Shown piece after piece: positions 47,092 through 55,316 of a DNA stretch of 64,000 bases. Position 1 is the stretch's first letter, and the number at the start of each line of letters is the position of its first letter. The stretch lies in NCBI GenBank assembly GCA_964354035.1, contig CAYGYQ010000001.1, forward strand, positions 557 to 64,556, given 5' to 3'. Made by a program: the position numbers and the translations under genes. Source of the stretch: an uncultured Bordetella sp. (GTDB lineage Bacteria; Pseudomonadota; Gammaproteobacteria; Burkholderiales; Casimicrobiaceae). The notes below the pieces were generated by a model. The model ran no database searches, was not told where the DNA came from, and saw only the letters and a program-made list of their open reading frames with translations.

Positions 47092-48260
47092 TCGGCTTCT
47101 TCCTCCATCTCAAATCCGCGCGCCTGCCGGTGTCCACGCGCGAGTTCCTGACGCTGCTCGAGGCGCTCGAATCGCGCGTGGTGTCGCTGTCGATCGACGA
47201 CTTCTACCATCTGGCGCGCGCTTCGCTGATCAAGGACGAGGCGCTGTTCGATCGCTACGACGTCGCGTTCGCCACGTACTTCAAGGGCGTCGACGCGCTC
47301 TTCGACATCCGCGCGGAAATCCCCGAGGAGTGGCTCCGGAAGGAGTTCGAGCGGCTGCTCTCGGCCGAAGACAAGGCAAAGATCGAGACGCTGGGCGGCT
47401 GGGACAAGCTGATGGAGACGCTGAAGCAGCGGCTCGCCGAGCAGAAGGCGCGCCACGCGGGCGGCAACAAGTGGATCGGCACTGGCGGGACCAGCCCGTT
47501 CGGCGCCTACGGCTACCACCCCGAGGGCATCCGGATCGGCCAGGAGGGCGGCGGCAACCGCAGCGCGGTCAAGGTCTGGGACGAGCGCAGCTTCCGCAAC
47601 CTCGACGGCGACGTCGAGCTCAACACGCGCAACATCAAGGTCGCGCTGCGGCGCCTGCGGCGCTTCGCGCGCGAGGGCGTGCCGGAGGAGCTCGACATGG
47701 AGGGCACGATCGAGGGCACGGCGAAGAACGCCGGGTACCTCGACCTGCACCTCGTGCCCGAGCGCCGCAACCGCGTGAAGGTACTGCTGTTCCTCGACGT
47801 GGGCGGTTCGATGGACCCGCACGTGCGCGTCTGCGAGGAGCTCTTCTCGGCAACGAAGACGGAGTTCCGGCACCTCGAATACTTCTATTTCCACAACTGC
47901 GTCTACGATCACGTCTGGCGCGACAACGCGCGGCGCAGTCACGAGCGCATGGCGACCTGGGATCTTCTGCACAAGTACGGGCCGGACTGGAAGGTGATCT
48001 TCGTCGGCGACGCCGCGATGAGCCCCTACGAGCTCGTGCAGGCGGGCGGATCGGTCGAGTACATGAACGAGGAGCCGGGGGCGCTCTGGCTGAAGCGCAT
48101 CGCCGATCACTTCCGCCGCGTCATCTGGTGGAACCCCGAGCCGCCGCGCGCGTGGGAGTACACGCGCTCGACGCAGATCGTGCTGCAGGCGGTCGGACCG
48201 CGGATGTTCCCGCTGACCCTCGACGGCATCGCGCGCGGGATCGACGCGCTGCGGCACTGA
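47085..48260 (+). CDS. VWA-domain CoxE-like protein (MoxR partner)
   Basis: 391 aa. The N-terminal CoxE-like region is followed by a VWA MIDAS context, VLLFLDVGGSMDP. Overlaps the GNAT stop by 7 nt. Confidence 0.8.
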   Translation: MLIGFFLHLKSARLPVSTREFLTLLEALESRVVSLSIDDFYHLARASLIKDEALFDRYDVAFATYFKGVDALFDIRAEIPEEWLRKEFERLLSAEDKAKIETLGGWDKLMETLKQRLAEQKARHAGGNKWIGTGGTSPFGAYGYHPEGIRIGQEGGGNRSAVKVWDERSFRNLDGDVELNTRNIKVALRRLRRFAREGVPEELDMEGTIEGTAKNAGYLDLHLVPERRNRVKVLLFLDVGGSMDPHVRVCEELFSATKTEFRHLEYFYFHNCVYDHVWRDNARRSHERMATWDLLHKYGPDWKVIFVGDAAMSPYELVQAGGSVEYMNEEPGALWLKRIADHFRRVIWWNPEPPRAWEYTRSTQIVLQAVGPRMFPLTLDGIARGIDALRH

Positions 48261-48263
48261 GCG

Positions 48264-49136
48264 GTGATTGACAACTGGCAGTGCGCCGCGGTCGCGCTGC
48301 TAGGGGGCGCGGCGGGTGTTGCGCGCTGGACCGACCTCGGCGGCAGCTCGCTCAGCGGGACGTGGCGGCTGGAAATCGGCCGCGAGCGCTACTTCGTCAA
48401 GACCCACGCCGCCTCGCGACGGGCGATGCTGGAGGCGGAAGCCGAAGGGTTGCGCGAGCTCGCTTACCCCTGTGCGATGCGCGTGCCGGCCCCTGTGGCG
48501 TGCGACAGCACGGGCGGCTGCGCCTTCCTCGTGCTCGAATGGTTGGACTTCGGTGCCGGCGGCCGCGATGCGGCGCTCGGTACGGCGCTGGCGCAGCTCC
48601 ACCGGAGGACGGCGGAAGCGTACGGCTGGCATCGCGACAACACGATCGGAACGACGCCACAGGACAACGCACGGACCAGGGACTGGGCGGCTTTCTTCCG
48701 CGACCGGCGGATCGCGCCGCAACTCGCGCTCGCGGCGCGCAAGGGCCACCGCGGCCGGCTGCAGAGTGGTGGGGAGCAACTGCTGGCGGAGATCCCGCTG
48801 TTGCTTGCCGGCCATGCGCCCGTGGCGTCGCTGCTGCACGGCGATCTCTGGTCCGGCAATGCTGCGCGACTCGCGTCCGGCGAGCCGGTGATCTTCGACC
48901 CCGCGGTCTACTTCGGCGATCGGGAAACCGATCTCGCGATGACGGAGCTCTTCGGCGGCTTCCCGGCTGCCTTTCATGCAGCCTATCGCACCGCATGGCC
49001 GCTCGACGCGGGCTATCCGGTGCGGCGCGCGCTCTACAACCTCTACCACGTGCTCAACCATCTCAATCTGTTCGGCGGAGGCTACGGCGCACAGGCGGAG
49101 GCGATGATCGGGCAACTCCTCGCGGAGGCGCGCTGA
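48264..49136 (+). CDS. Fructosamine/ketosamine-3-kinase family protein
   Basis: YFVKTH...EAEGLREL...LLHGDLWSGN...IFDPAVYFGDRETDLAMTELFGGF is the family signature. GTG start at 48264. Confidence 0.85.
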   Translation: MIDNWQCAAVALLGGAAGVARWTDLGGSSLSGTWRLEIGRERYFVKTHAASRRAMLEAEAEGLRELAYPCAMRVPAPVACDSTGGCAFLVLEWLDFGAGGRDAALGTALAQLHRRTAEAYGWHRDNTIGTTPQDNARTRDWAAFFRDRRIAPQLALAARKGHRGRLQSGGEQLLAEIPLLLAGHAPVASLLHGDLWSGNAARLASGEPVIFDPAVYFGDRETDLAMTELFGGFPAAFHAAYRTAWPLDAGYPVRRALYNLYHVLNHLNLFGGGYGAQAEAMIGQLLAEAR

Positions 49137-49302
49137 CCTCCGTGATCGCGGCTGCGAGCCGGCCCGCACTATCCCATGGCCAACGCTGCGCGCTAGAATC
49201 CGTGTGCGCGCGCCGCATCCGCTGTGCCTGCCGCCGGAGGTGAATTCATCGGTCGGCTTGGGTGGAGGCGAATTTTCGGCACTGAGTGGGAATGGAGGCG
49301 AG

Positions 49303-49833
49303 ATGTACGGCAATCTCCTGGTACGGATACGCGGACTGGTTGTAATCGGTGCCCTGCTCATATCCGCATGCGCAGGTTTCAGCGGCAGCAATCTCCAGCC
49401 CGGGGTGTCGACCATGGCCGAGGTCATTGCCTCGATGGGCGAGCCGGCGATGGTCTGGAAGAATCCGGATGGAAGTGCGCAGCTCGCTTACCCGCGCGGC
49501 CCGGCGGGAACCCAGACTTTCATGGCGTTTGTCGGGCCCGATGGAAAGCTGCAGCGCATCGAAAGCGTATTGAACATGACTCATTTCGCGCGCATCCAGC
49601 CGGGAATGAGCAAGGACGACGTGCTGCGCGTGCTTGGCCCGTCAGGTGCGCCATGGACGCAGTTTTTCTCGAGGACCAATACACTCGCCTGGTCATGGTT
49701 GTTCTGCGACGGTTTTGGTCTTCAGACATTCTTCGACGTGATGTTCGACGGGACGACCGGCATGGTGCGTACTACCGGGCAGAGCCCGAGATATATGGGA
49801 CGGGATGGCCTTCAGCCATCGTGCGGGCAATGA
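49303..49833 (+). CDS. Lipoprotein with BamE/SmpA_OmlA-like domain
   Basis: ATG at 49303 preceded by GGAGG. Canonical lipobox LISAC. An ...MSKDDVLRVLGPS... segment resembles BamE-like domains. Confidence 0.6.
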   Translation: MYGNLLVRIRGLVVIGALLISACAGFSGSNLQPGVSTMAEVIASMGEPAMVWKNPDGSAQLAYPRGPAGTQTFMAFVGPDGKLQRIESVLNMTHFARIQPGMSKDDVLRVLGPSGAPWTQFFSRTNTLAWSWLFCDGFGLQTFFDVMFDGTTGMVRTTGQSPRYMGRDGLQPSCGQ

Positions 49834-49910
49834 CGGTAACGTTGAATGCCGCCCCGTAGGAATACATGGCACATTCTTGATAACCGCGGCCGCGCGAAGG
49901 AAGGCCGGCC

Positions 49911-50102
49911 ATGGATCAACTGCCCGCGACCTGGACTGCGCTCTGCGTCCTCGGGTTCGTGCTCGGCGCCCGGCATGGATTCGACGCCGACCACCTGGCG
50001 ACGATCGACGGCCTGACGCGGTACAACGCGCGCACCAATCCCGCGCTGGCCCGGTTCTGCGGCGCGCTCTTCTCGCTCGGGCACGGCCTCGAGCGTGTGC
50101 GC
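49911..50102 (+). pseudogene. NiCoT (HoxN/NixA-type) nickel/cobalt permease, N-terminal fragment
   Basis: ATG at 49911 with a GAAGGAAGG RBS. Signature GARHGFDADHLATIDGLTRYN (H-x4-D-H) and FSLGHG. The reading frame then leaves the family pattern at about 50090-50102. Confidence 0.7.
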
Positions 50103-50149
50103 CGTCGCTGCTGCACGGCGATCTCTGGTTCAAGAAGGAAAAGTCGATA

Positions 50150-50899
50150 GTGCCTGAGATATTTGTCATCAACCTTGTTTCGTCCACTGCCCGCAGGGCG
50201 AACATAACCAGCCAATTGGCAGACCTCGGACTGGCGTTCACCCTATTTCCCGCGGTTGATGGCCGAAAGGAAGAACATCGCCTGTTTGGCAAATATGACA
50301 ATAAGATCAACCAGCACTACCGTGGCAAAGCATTGAGCAAGGGGCAATTGGGTTGTTATGCCAGTCATTATCTGTTGTGGCAAGAGTGCGTCGAGCTCGA
50401 TCAACCTGTCGTAGTGCTGGAAGACGACGCGCTGATCTATCCTGAACCCTTTTCCGAATTTGTGAACAACATAGATGCATTGCGCCAGCAGTTCGATTGT
50501 GTCCGCCTATTCGACAACAAGAGAAAGGCATTTTCGTCCTGCCGGGTATCGGGTCTCGATACCGTTGAAATTCACAAGTTCAATAAAGGCCATTTGAGTA
50601 CCACCGGCTATTTCCTGACCCCCAATGGGGCCAGGAAACTGCTTCGGCATTCGGAGCAATGGTATATGCCCGTTGACCTTTACATGGACCGCTACTGGGT
50701 AAACGGGGTGGAATGCTATGGCACCGTTCCAGCATGCGTGACCAATGATCCCAAGTTTGATTCCGATATCCGCGATGGCGAGAGTGAACCTGAACCGCGA
50801 ACCTTTGTTGCCCGCTGTCGTCGGGAATGGTTCAATTTCAATGAACTGACAAAACGAACCCTTCATAATTTCTCCGCCACCAAGCAATCCAAGAATTGA
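50150..50899 (+). CDS. Glycosyltransferase family 25 (LPS/LOS biosynthesis, Lic2B/LgtB-like)
   Basis: GTG at 50150 with AAGGAA 9 nt upstream. IFVINLVSSTARR...GQLGCYASHYLLWQ...VVLEDDA...TTGYFLTPNGARKLL is the GT25 pattern. Hand-counted 60-nt stretches give 26-34 G+C, against 43 of 60 in the flank. Confidence 0.8.
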   Translation: MPEIFVINLVSSTARRANITSQLADLGLAFTLFPAVDGRKEEHRLFGKYDNKINQHYRGKALSKGQLGCYASHYLLWQECVELDQPVVVLEDDALIYPEPFSEFVNNIDALRQQFDCVRLFDNKRKAFSSCRVSGLDTVEIHKFNKGHLSTTGYFLTPNGARKLLRHSEQWYMPVDLYMDRYWVNGVECYGTVPACVTNDPKFDSDIRDGESEPEPRTFVARCRREWFNFNELTKRTLHNFSATKQSKN

Positions 50900-51234
50900 A
50901 GTCATCTTGGTGGGCCGCGCTTTGCATCCTCGCGTTCGTGCTCGGCATGCTGGTCGTCGACGGCATCAACGGTGTCTGGATCAGCCGGCTCATTCGTCGG
51001 GCCGACCGCACGGCCGTCATCGCCTCGCGCGTGATGGCGCTGACGGTCGCCGGCATCAGCCTGGCGGTCGGTTGCTTTACCGTCGCCAAGCAGCTGTGCC
51101 TTCCTGCCGTCGATGCGTGGGCGGAAGGGCGCGAAATGCTCGTCGGCGGGGCCGTGGTGCTGGGCGTGTTGACAGCTTTTAGCGTCGGCATGACGGCGGC
51201 GCGCCGCAGCGTCGTCGTCCCCACCGGGCGGTGA
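50896..51234 (+). pseudogene. NiCoT permease, C-terminal fragment
   Basis: High-GC sequence resumes right at the GT25 stop. The peptide ...AFVLGMLVVDGINGVWISRL... resembles the NiCoT GM-x-DT-x-DG helix and is followed by two TM helices. No independent start context is evident. Confidence 0.55.
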
Positions 51235-51333
51235 GTTCGACTGTCGCGCGGCAACGCCCGTCGCTGGACGCTGACCGAGTCATGCTCAGGCCGAGCCCGG
51301 CTCCCGGATCGCGGTGACCGGCTGTGCCCGTCG

Positions 51334-52659
51334 CTACTTGAGATACTCGGGCGAAATGAGTTTCGGCAGGAACAGGATGAGGTCGGGCCAGAGGATCGTC
51401 AGGGACAGCACGCCCAGCATCGGCATCAGCATGATCATGACGTCTTTCAGCACGTACACCATCCGCACCTTGGCGATCGCGCAGGAAATCATCAGGCACA
51501 GTCCGTAGGGCGGGGTGACCAACCCGAAGGCCAGCGAGATGATCCCGACCATCGCGAAGTGGACCGGATCCATGTTGACCGAGCGGGCCAGCGGCTCGAG
51601 GATCGTGCCGACGATGATGATCGCGGGAATCGCGTCGAGGAAGCAGCCGACGATGAGGAAGCAGAACGCGATGAAGAAGCCGGTCTGGGTGATGCCCATA
51701 TTCCACGATCCGACCCCCTCCAGCAGCGCCTTCGGAATCTGGTAATACGCGAGCAGCCAGCCGAACGCGCTGGCCGTGCCCACGCAGAACAGCGCGACCG
51801 CCGCCAGCTTGCCGGTGTCCAGCAGCGCACCGTGCAGCTGCTTGCCGCCCATCTCCCGATAGATGAAGATCGACAGCGTTGCCGCGTAGAGCACGGCGAT
51901 GCACGCCGACTCGGTGGCGGTGAACCAGCCGAAGATCTTGCCGCCGATGATGATGACCGGCGTCATCAGCGCCGGAATCGCGACCAGCACCGCGGTGAGC
52001 ACTTCCTTCAGGTTCGAGCGCGGATACTTCGGATAATTGCGCAGCTTCGCGTAAACGTGGACGGTGGCCATCTGCACGGCGCCCAGCAGCAGTCCGGGAA
52101 TGATTCCGGCGAGGAACAGTGCGCCGATCGAGACGGTGAGCGTGCCACCCCAGACGATCATCAGGATCGACGGCGGGATGATCACCGCGAGCACCGCCGA
52201 CACCGCGGTGATCGCGACGGAGAACGACAGGTCGTAGCCTTCCTTGACCTGCGCCTCGATGAAGATCTTGCCCTGGCTCGCCGCGTCGGCGGTCGAGGAT
52301 CCCGAAATGCCGGCGAAGAAGATCGACAGTACGACGTTGACCTGCGCGAGGCCGCCCGGCAGGTGGCCGACCAGGTCGCGCGACAGGCGGACAAGTCGAT
52401 CGGTGATGCCGCCGACGTTCATCAGGTTCGCCGTCAGCAGGAAGAACGGCACCGCCAGCAGGATGAACGAGTTGTACGACTTGAACGTCTGATTGAACAG
52501 CACCAGCGGCGACAGCCGCGGCTCGACGACCAGGATCGGCAGGCAGGCCAGTCCCAGCGCGAACGCGATCGGCACGCGCAACGCCATCAGCGTGAAGAAC
52601 ACGCCGAACAGGATGAGCGAGGCCTCCGTCGGCGACAGCAGTGCTCCGCCGCTGATCAT
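51334..52659 (-). CDS. dctM: TRAP transporter large permease (DctM family)
   Basis: ATG at 52659 in an ATGA overlap with the dctQ stop. 441 aa, polytopic, with the typical DctM N-terminus (...ILLAVPFFLLTANLMNVGGITDRL...). Confidence 0.9.
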   Translation of the reverse strand: MISGGALLSPTEASLILFGVFFTLMALRVPIAFALGLACLPILVVEPRLSPLVLFNQTFKSYNSFILLAVPFFLLTANLMNVGGITDRLVRLSRDLVGHLPGGLAQVNVVLSIFFAGISGSSTADAASQGKIFIEAQVKEGYDLSFSVAITAVSAVLAVIIPPSILMIVWGGTLTVSIGALFLAGIIPGLLLGAVQMATVHVYAKLRNYPKYPRSNLKEVLTAVLVAIPALMTPVIIIGGKIFGWFTATESACIAVLYAATLSIFIYREMGGKQLHGALLDTGKLAAVALFCVGTASAFGWLLAYYQIPKALLEGVGSWNMGITQTGFFIAFCFLIVGCFLDAIPAIIIVGTILEPLARSVNMDPVHFAMVGIISLAFGLVTPPYGLCLMISCAIAKVRMVYVLKDVMIMLMPMLGVLSLTILWPDLILFLPKLISPEYLK

Positions 52660-53144
52660 GCGCGGCCCCTTGGCCGGTTGAGCAGGGTTTGCAGGTCGGC
52701 GCGGAATTTCTCGCCCAGGAACAGCACCCACGTGAAGCCGGCCAGCGGCCAGGCTGCGAAGATGAACGGCATGGGCAGCTCGGCGAGCTCGGAATTCTGG
52801 CTCCAGCCGAACTGCACGAACTTGATGCCGTACCAGAGGAACACCAGCGCCATCGCCAGCACGAACAGGTGCGAGATCAGCCGCAGCAGCGCATTGGCGC
52901 GCGGCTTCAGCTCAGGCCACAGATCGACGTCGAAGTGCGCGCTGTCGCGAATGCCGACCATCGAGCCGATCATGATCATCCAGATGAAGAAGAAGCGCGC
53001 CATCTCCTCGGTCCAGATGTAGGACGGGATCAGCGCGGTGAACCGGGAGAAGATCTGCAGGCTGACCGGGATGATCAGGATGGCCACCGTGGCGACCAGC
53101 AGCCAGTTGAGGAGGCGGTAGTAGCCGGCGATGAATTTGGTCAT
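52656..53144 (-). CDS. dctQ: TRAP transporter small permease (DctQ family)
   Basis: ATG at 53144, 162 aa, 4 TM. WTEEMARFFFIWMIMIGS motif. Confidence 0.8.
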   Translation of the reverse strand: MTKFIAGYYRLLNWLLVATVAILIIPVSLQIFSRFTALIPSYIWTEEMARFFFIWMIMIGSMVGIRDSAHFDVDLWPELKPRANALLRLISHLFVLAMALVFLWYGIKFVQFGWSQNSELAELPMPFIFAAWPLAGFTWVLFLGEKFRADLQTLLNRPRGRA

Positions 53145-53229
53145 TCGGGATCCCGGTACGTGCACACACGCGGCGGACAAAAAAAGACCGGCGCAAGACG
53201 GCATTCTTGCGCCGGCCGCACTTCCGAAA

Positions 53230-54222
53230 CTACATCGCGTTGATCTTGCTGTAGATCTCCGTCGCGCCGATTTCCTTCGCGTATTCGGCCATCACCGGGT
53301 CCGCCAGCTTCTTCATCGCGGCGCGGTCGGTGAACGGGATGCGCTTCAGCCTGCCCGCCTTTTCCATCGCTTCGAGCTTGGCCGAGTCGGCGCCCGATTC
53401 GATCTGGCGGCCGAAGACGCCCGCTTCCTTGCCCGCCTTCAGGATCGCCGCCTGCAAGTCGGCCGGCAGCTTCTTGAAAGTCTTGCCGGAGAAACAGATC
53501 GGACGGATCGTGATCGCGTGCTCGGTGAGGTTGAGGTTCGGGCCGACTTCGTAGAACTTCATCGCCTCGACCCCCGCCGCCTCGTTCTCGCCGGCCTGGA
53601 TGACGCCGTTCTGGATCGCGTTGTAGACCTCGTCGTACGCGATCACCGTCGGCGACATGCCGACCGCGGAAAACGTCCTGCTCCAGATGGGCGCGCCCTG
53701 CACGCGAACCTTGAGACCCTTCATCTCGGCCAGGTTGCGCACCGGCTTGTTGGCGAAGATGTTGCGCGTCCCGCCGCCGGCGAAGCCGATCAGCATCACG
53801 TCGCCCTTGGCGGCCACTTCGTCGGCGATGGGTTTCAGCGTATCGGCGTCGAGCACCTTGTTCCAGTGGGCGAGGTCGCGGAACAGGAACGGCGCGTCGA
53901 TGAACGGGGCGGCCTTCGAGAAGGTCGACATGTGGGCGGGCGACACGATCGCGTAGTCCACCGAGATGCCCTGGTTCATGTACGCGAAGTAGTCCTTTTC
54001 GAGGCCCAGCTCGCTGTTCTTGTGCAGGACGAAATTGATCGGCTTGCCATAGTACTTGAGGGTCAGCTCCTGGAACTTCGCGAGCGCCCGGGTGAATGCA
54101 TGGTCGTCGTTGAACTGCGACGCGCCGTGCAGCGTGATCGGCGCCTGGGCAGCGGCTCCGAACGAGACCGCCAGTCCGGCGATAGCCGCACAGCGCATCA
54201 CTGCGCGAACAATGTTTCGCAT
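53230..54222 (-). CDS. dctP: TRAP transporter substrate-binding protein (DctP family)
   Basis: ATG at 54222 with an AGGAGG RBS. Signal peptide ...SFGAAAQA. DctP-like body. Confidence 0.85.
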   Translation of the reverse strand: MRNIVRAVMRCAAIAGLAVSFGAAAQAPITLHGASQFNDDHAFTRALAKFQELTLKYYGKPINFVLHKNSELGLEKDYFAYMNQGISVDYAIVSPAHMSTFSKAAPFIDAPFLFRDLAHWNKVLDADTLKPIADEVAAKGDVMLIGFAGGGTRNIFANKPVRNLAEMKGLKVRVQGAPIWSRTFSAVGMSPTVIAYDEVYNAIQNGVIQAGENEAAGVEAMKFYEVGPNLNLTEHAITIRPICFSGKTFKKLPADLQAAILKAGKEAGVFGRQIESGADSAKLEAMEKAGRLKRIPFTDRAAMKKLADPVMAEYAKEIGATEIYSKINAM

Positions 54223-54442
54223 CTGTTCCTCCTGTGGATTCAAGCCCACCCGGCGCCGGCAGCCGTACGTTGCCGGGACAGCCTCGTGGTCAAGTGGTCA
54301 GGCCAATTCAACAGCGTTGGCCCTGCGCTGTCAACGCGAATCGGTTGCTGCTTTGCAACAATGCCGAGGCTGCAGCAACGATTGTACTGAATGCCCGAAA
54401 AAGAGGGGAACGGGCGGGCCTGCTCACTCGGATTCGGAACGG

Positions 54443-54916
54443 TCACTGCTTGGCTGCCGGCGGGGTTGCGCTGGCGGCGAGGGGCCTCACCACCGCCTTG
54501 ACGTCGACCGTCTGTTTTTTCCCCGCCCTGTCCTCGAACGTGAGCTGCAGCGGCACCGTGTCGCCATCTTGCAACGGCTTGACGAGATCCATCAGCATCA
54601 CGTGGTAGCCGCCGGGCTTCAGGTCGACGGCCTTGCCGGCGGGCAGCGCTAGCTTGTCGATGGCCTTCATCTTCATCATGCCGCCCTCCATCTTCATTTC
54701 GTGGATCTCGACGATGTTCGCGACCGGCGACGCCGCGGCGACGAGGGCCGTGTCCGCGGGGGACTTCAGCTGCATGAACGCGCCAGTGGCTTTTTGACCG
54801 GTGACGGTGCCGCGCACCCACGGGTCGGCGACCAACACTTGAGCCGAGGCGGCCGCTGCTGCCGCGAGGCTGGCGGCGGCGAGGACGGCGATGGTTGCAA
54901 TGTGGAGCGATTGCAT
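54443..54916 (-). CDS. Periplasmic copper chaperone PCu(A)C (DUF461)
   Basis: ATG at 54916, with a signal peptide. ...WVRGTV..., the Met-rich IHEMKMEGGMMKM, and LKPGGYHVMLMDL motifs. Confidence 0.75.
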   Translation of the reverse strand: MQSLHIATIAVLAAASLAAAAAASAQVLVADPWVRGTVTGQKATGAFMQLKSPADTALVAAASPVANIVEIHEMKMEGGMMKMKAIDKLALPAGKAVDLKPGGYHVMLMDLVKPLQDGDTVPLQLTFEDRAGKKQTVDVKAVVRPLAASATPPAAKQ

Positions 54917-55165
54917 GGACGGGTTCTTCCTGGAGGCTGGTTGGGGAGCGCGGGGGAAGCGGTGCGGCGCAATCATGAATCGCGCCCGGGTGGCGCGAAC
55001 CATTTTACGCTCCCGGTGCGGCTTCCAGCCACGGACCCCGTCGCCGTTGCGAAGCGGCGTCGGGGGCACTTCCGGCGATGGGCCGGGAGTTAGAACGAAC
55101 ATGAGCTTTTGGTTGTAAGCAACCGTTTTGGATAACAAATTTGTTGCAAGTTTCTCGCCAAATGT

Positions 55166-55179
55166 TGATGCAGGTCAAG
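55166..55179. promoter_or_regulatory. FNR/Anr-type box candidate upstream of nrdD
   Basis: TTGAT-gcag-GTCAA matches 9 of 10 positions of TTGAT-N4-ATCAA, about 145 nt upstream of the nrdD ATG. Confidence 0.4.
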
Positions 55180-55316
55180 CAATGCGGAATCGGTTGATGT
55201 GGGCGATTGCTCACCCCCATCCCTTGGGCTACCGTCACTTAAACCTACAACATATTGCGCTCGACGGCTTCCCGACGAGGGTAAGCGCGGCGCGCAGCAG
55301 AAGCGGGAGAAAAGCC

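Noticed and set aside
54335-54375. Sigma-54 promoter for the TRAP operon (minus strand CGGCATTGTTGCA).
   Set aside because: The GG-to-GC spacing is about 3 nt too short relative to the TGGCAC-N5-TTGC consensus.
55111-55130. Rho-independent terminator (GGTTG-taag-CAACC followed by GTTTT).
   Set aside because: The stem is only 5 bp and oriented for the plus strand, where no upstream gene ends. The adjacent PCu(A)C gene is on the minus strand and starts, not ends, nearby.
55247-55262. NrdR box upstream of nrdD (ACAACATATTGCGC).
   Set aside because: It matches the 16-bp NrdR palindrome consensus as I recall it (acaCwAtATaTwGtgt) at only about half the positions. No second box is present at the usual helical spacing.
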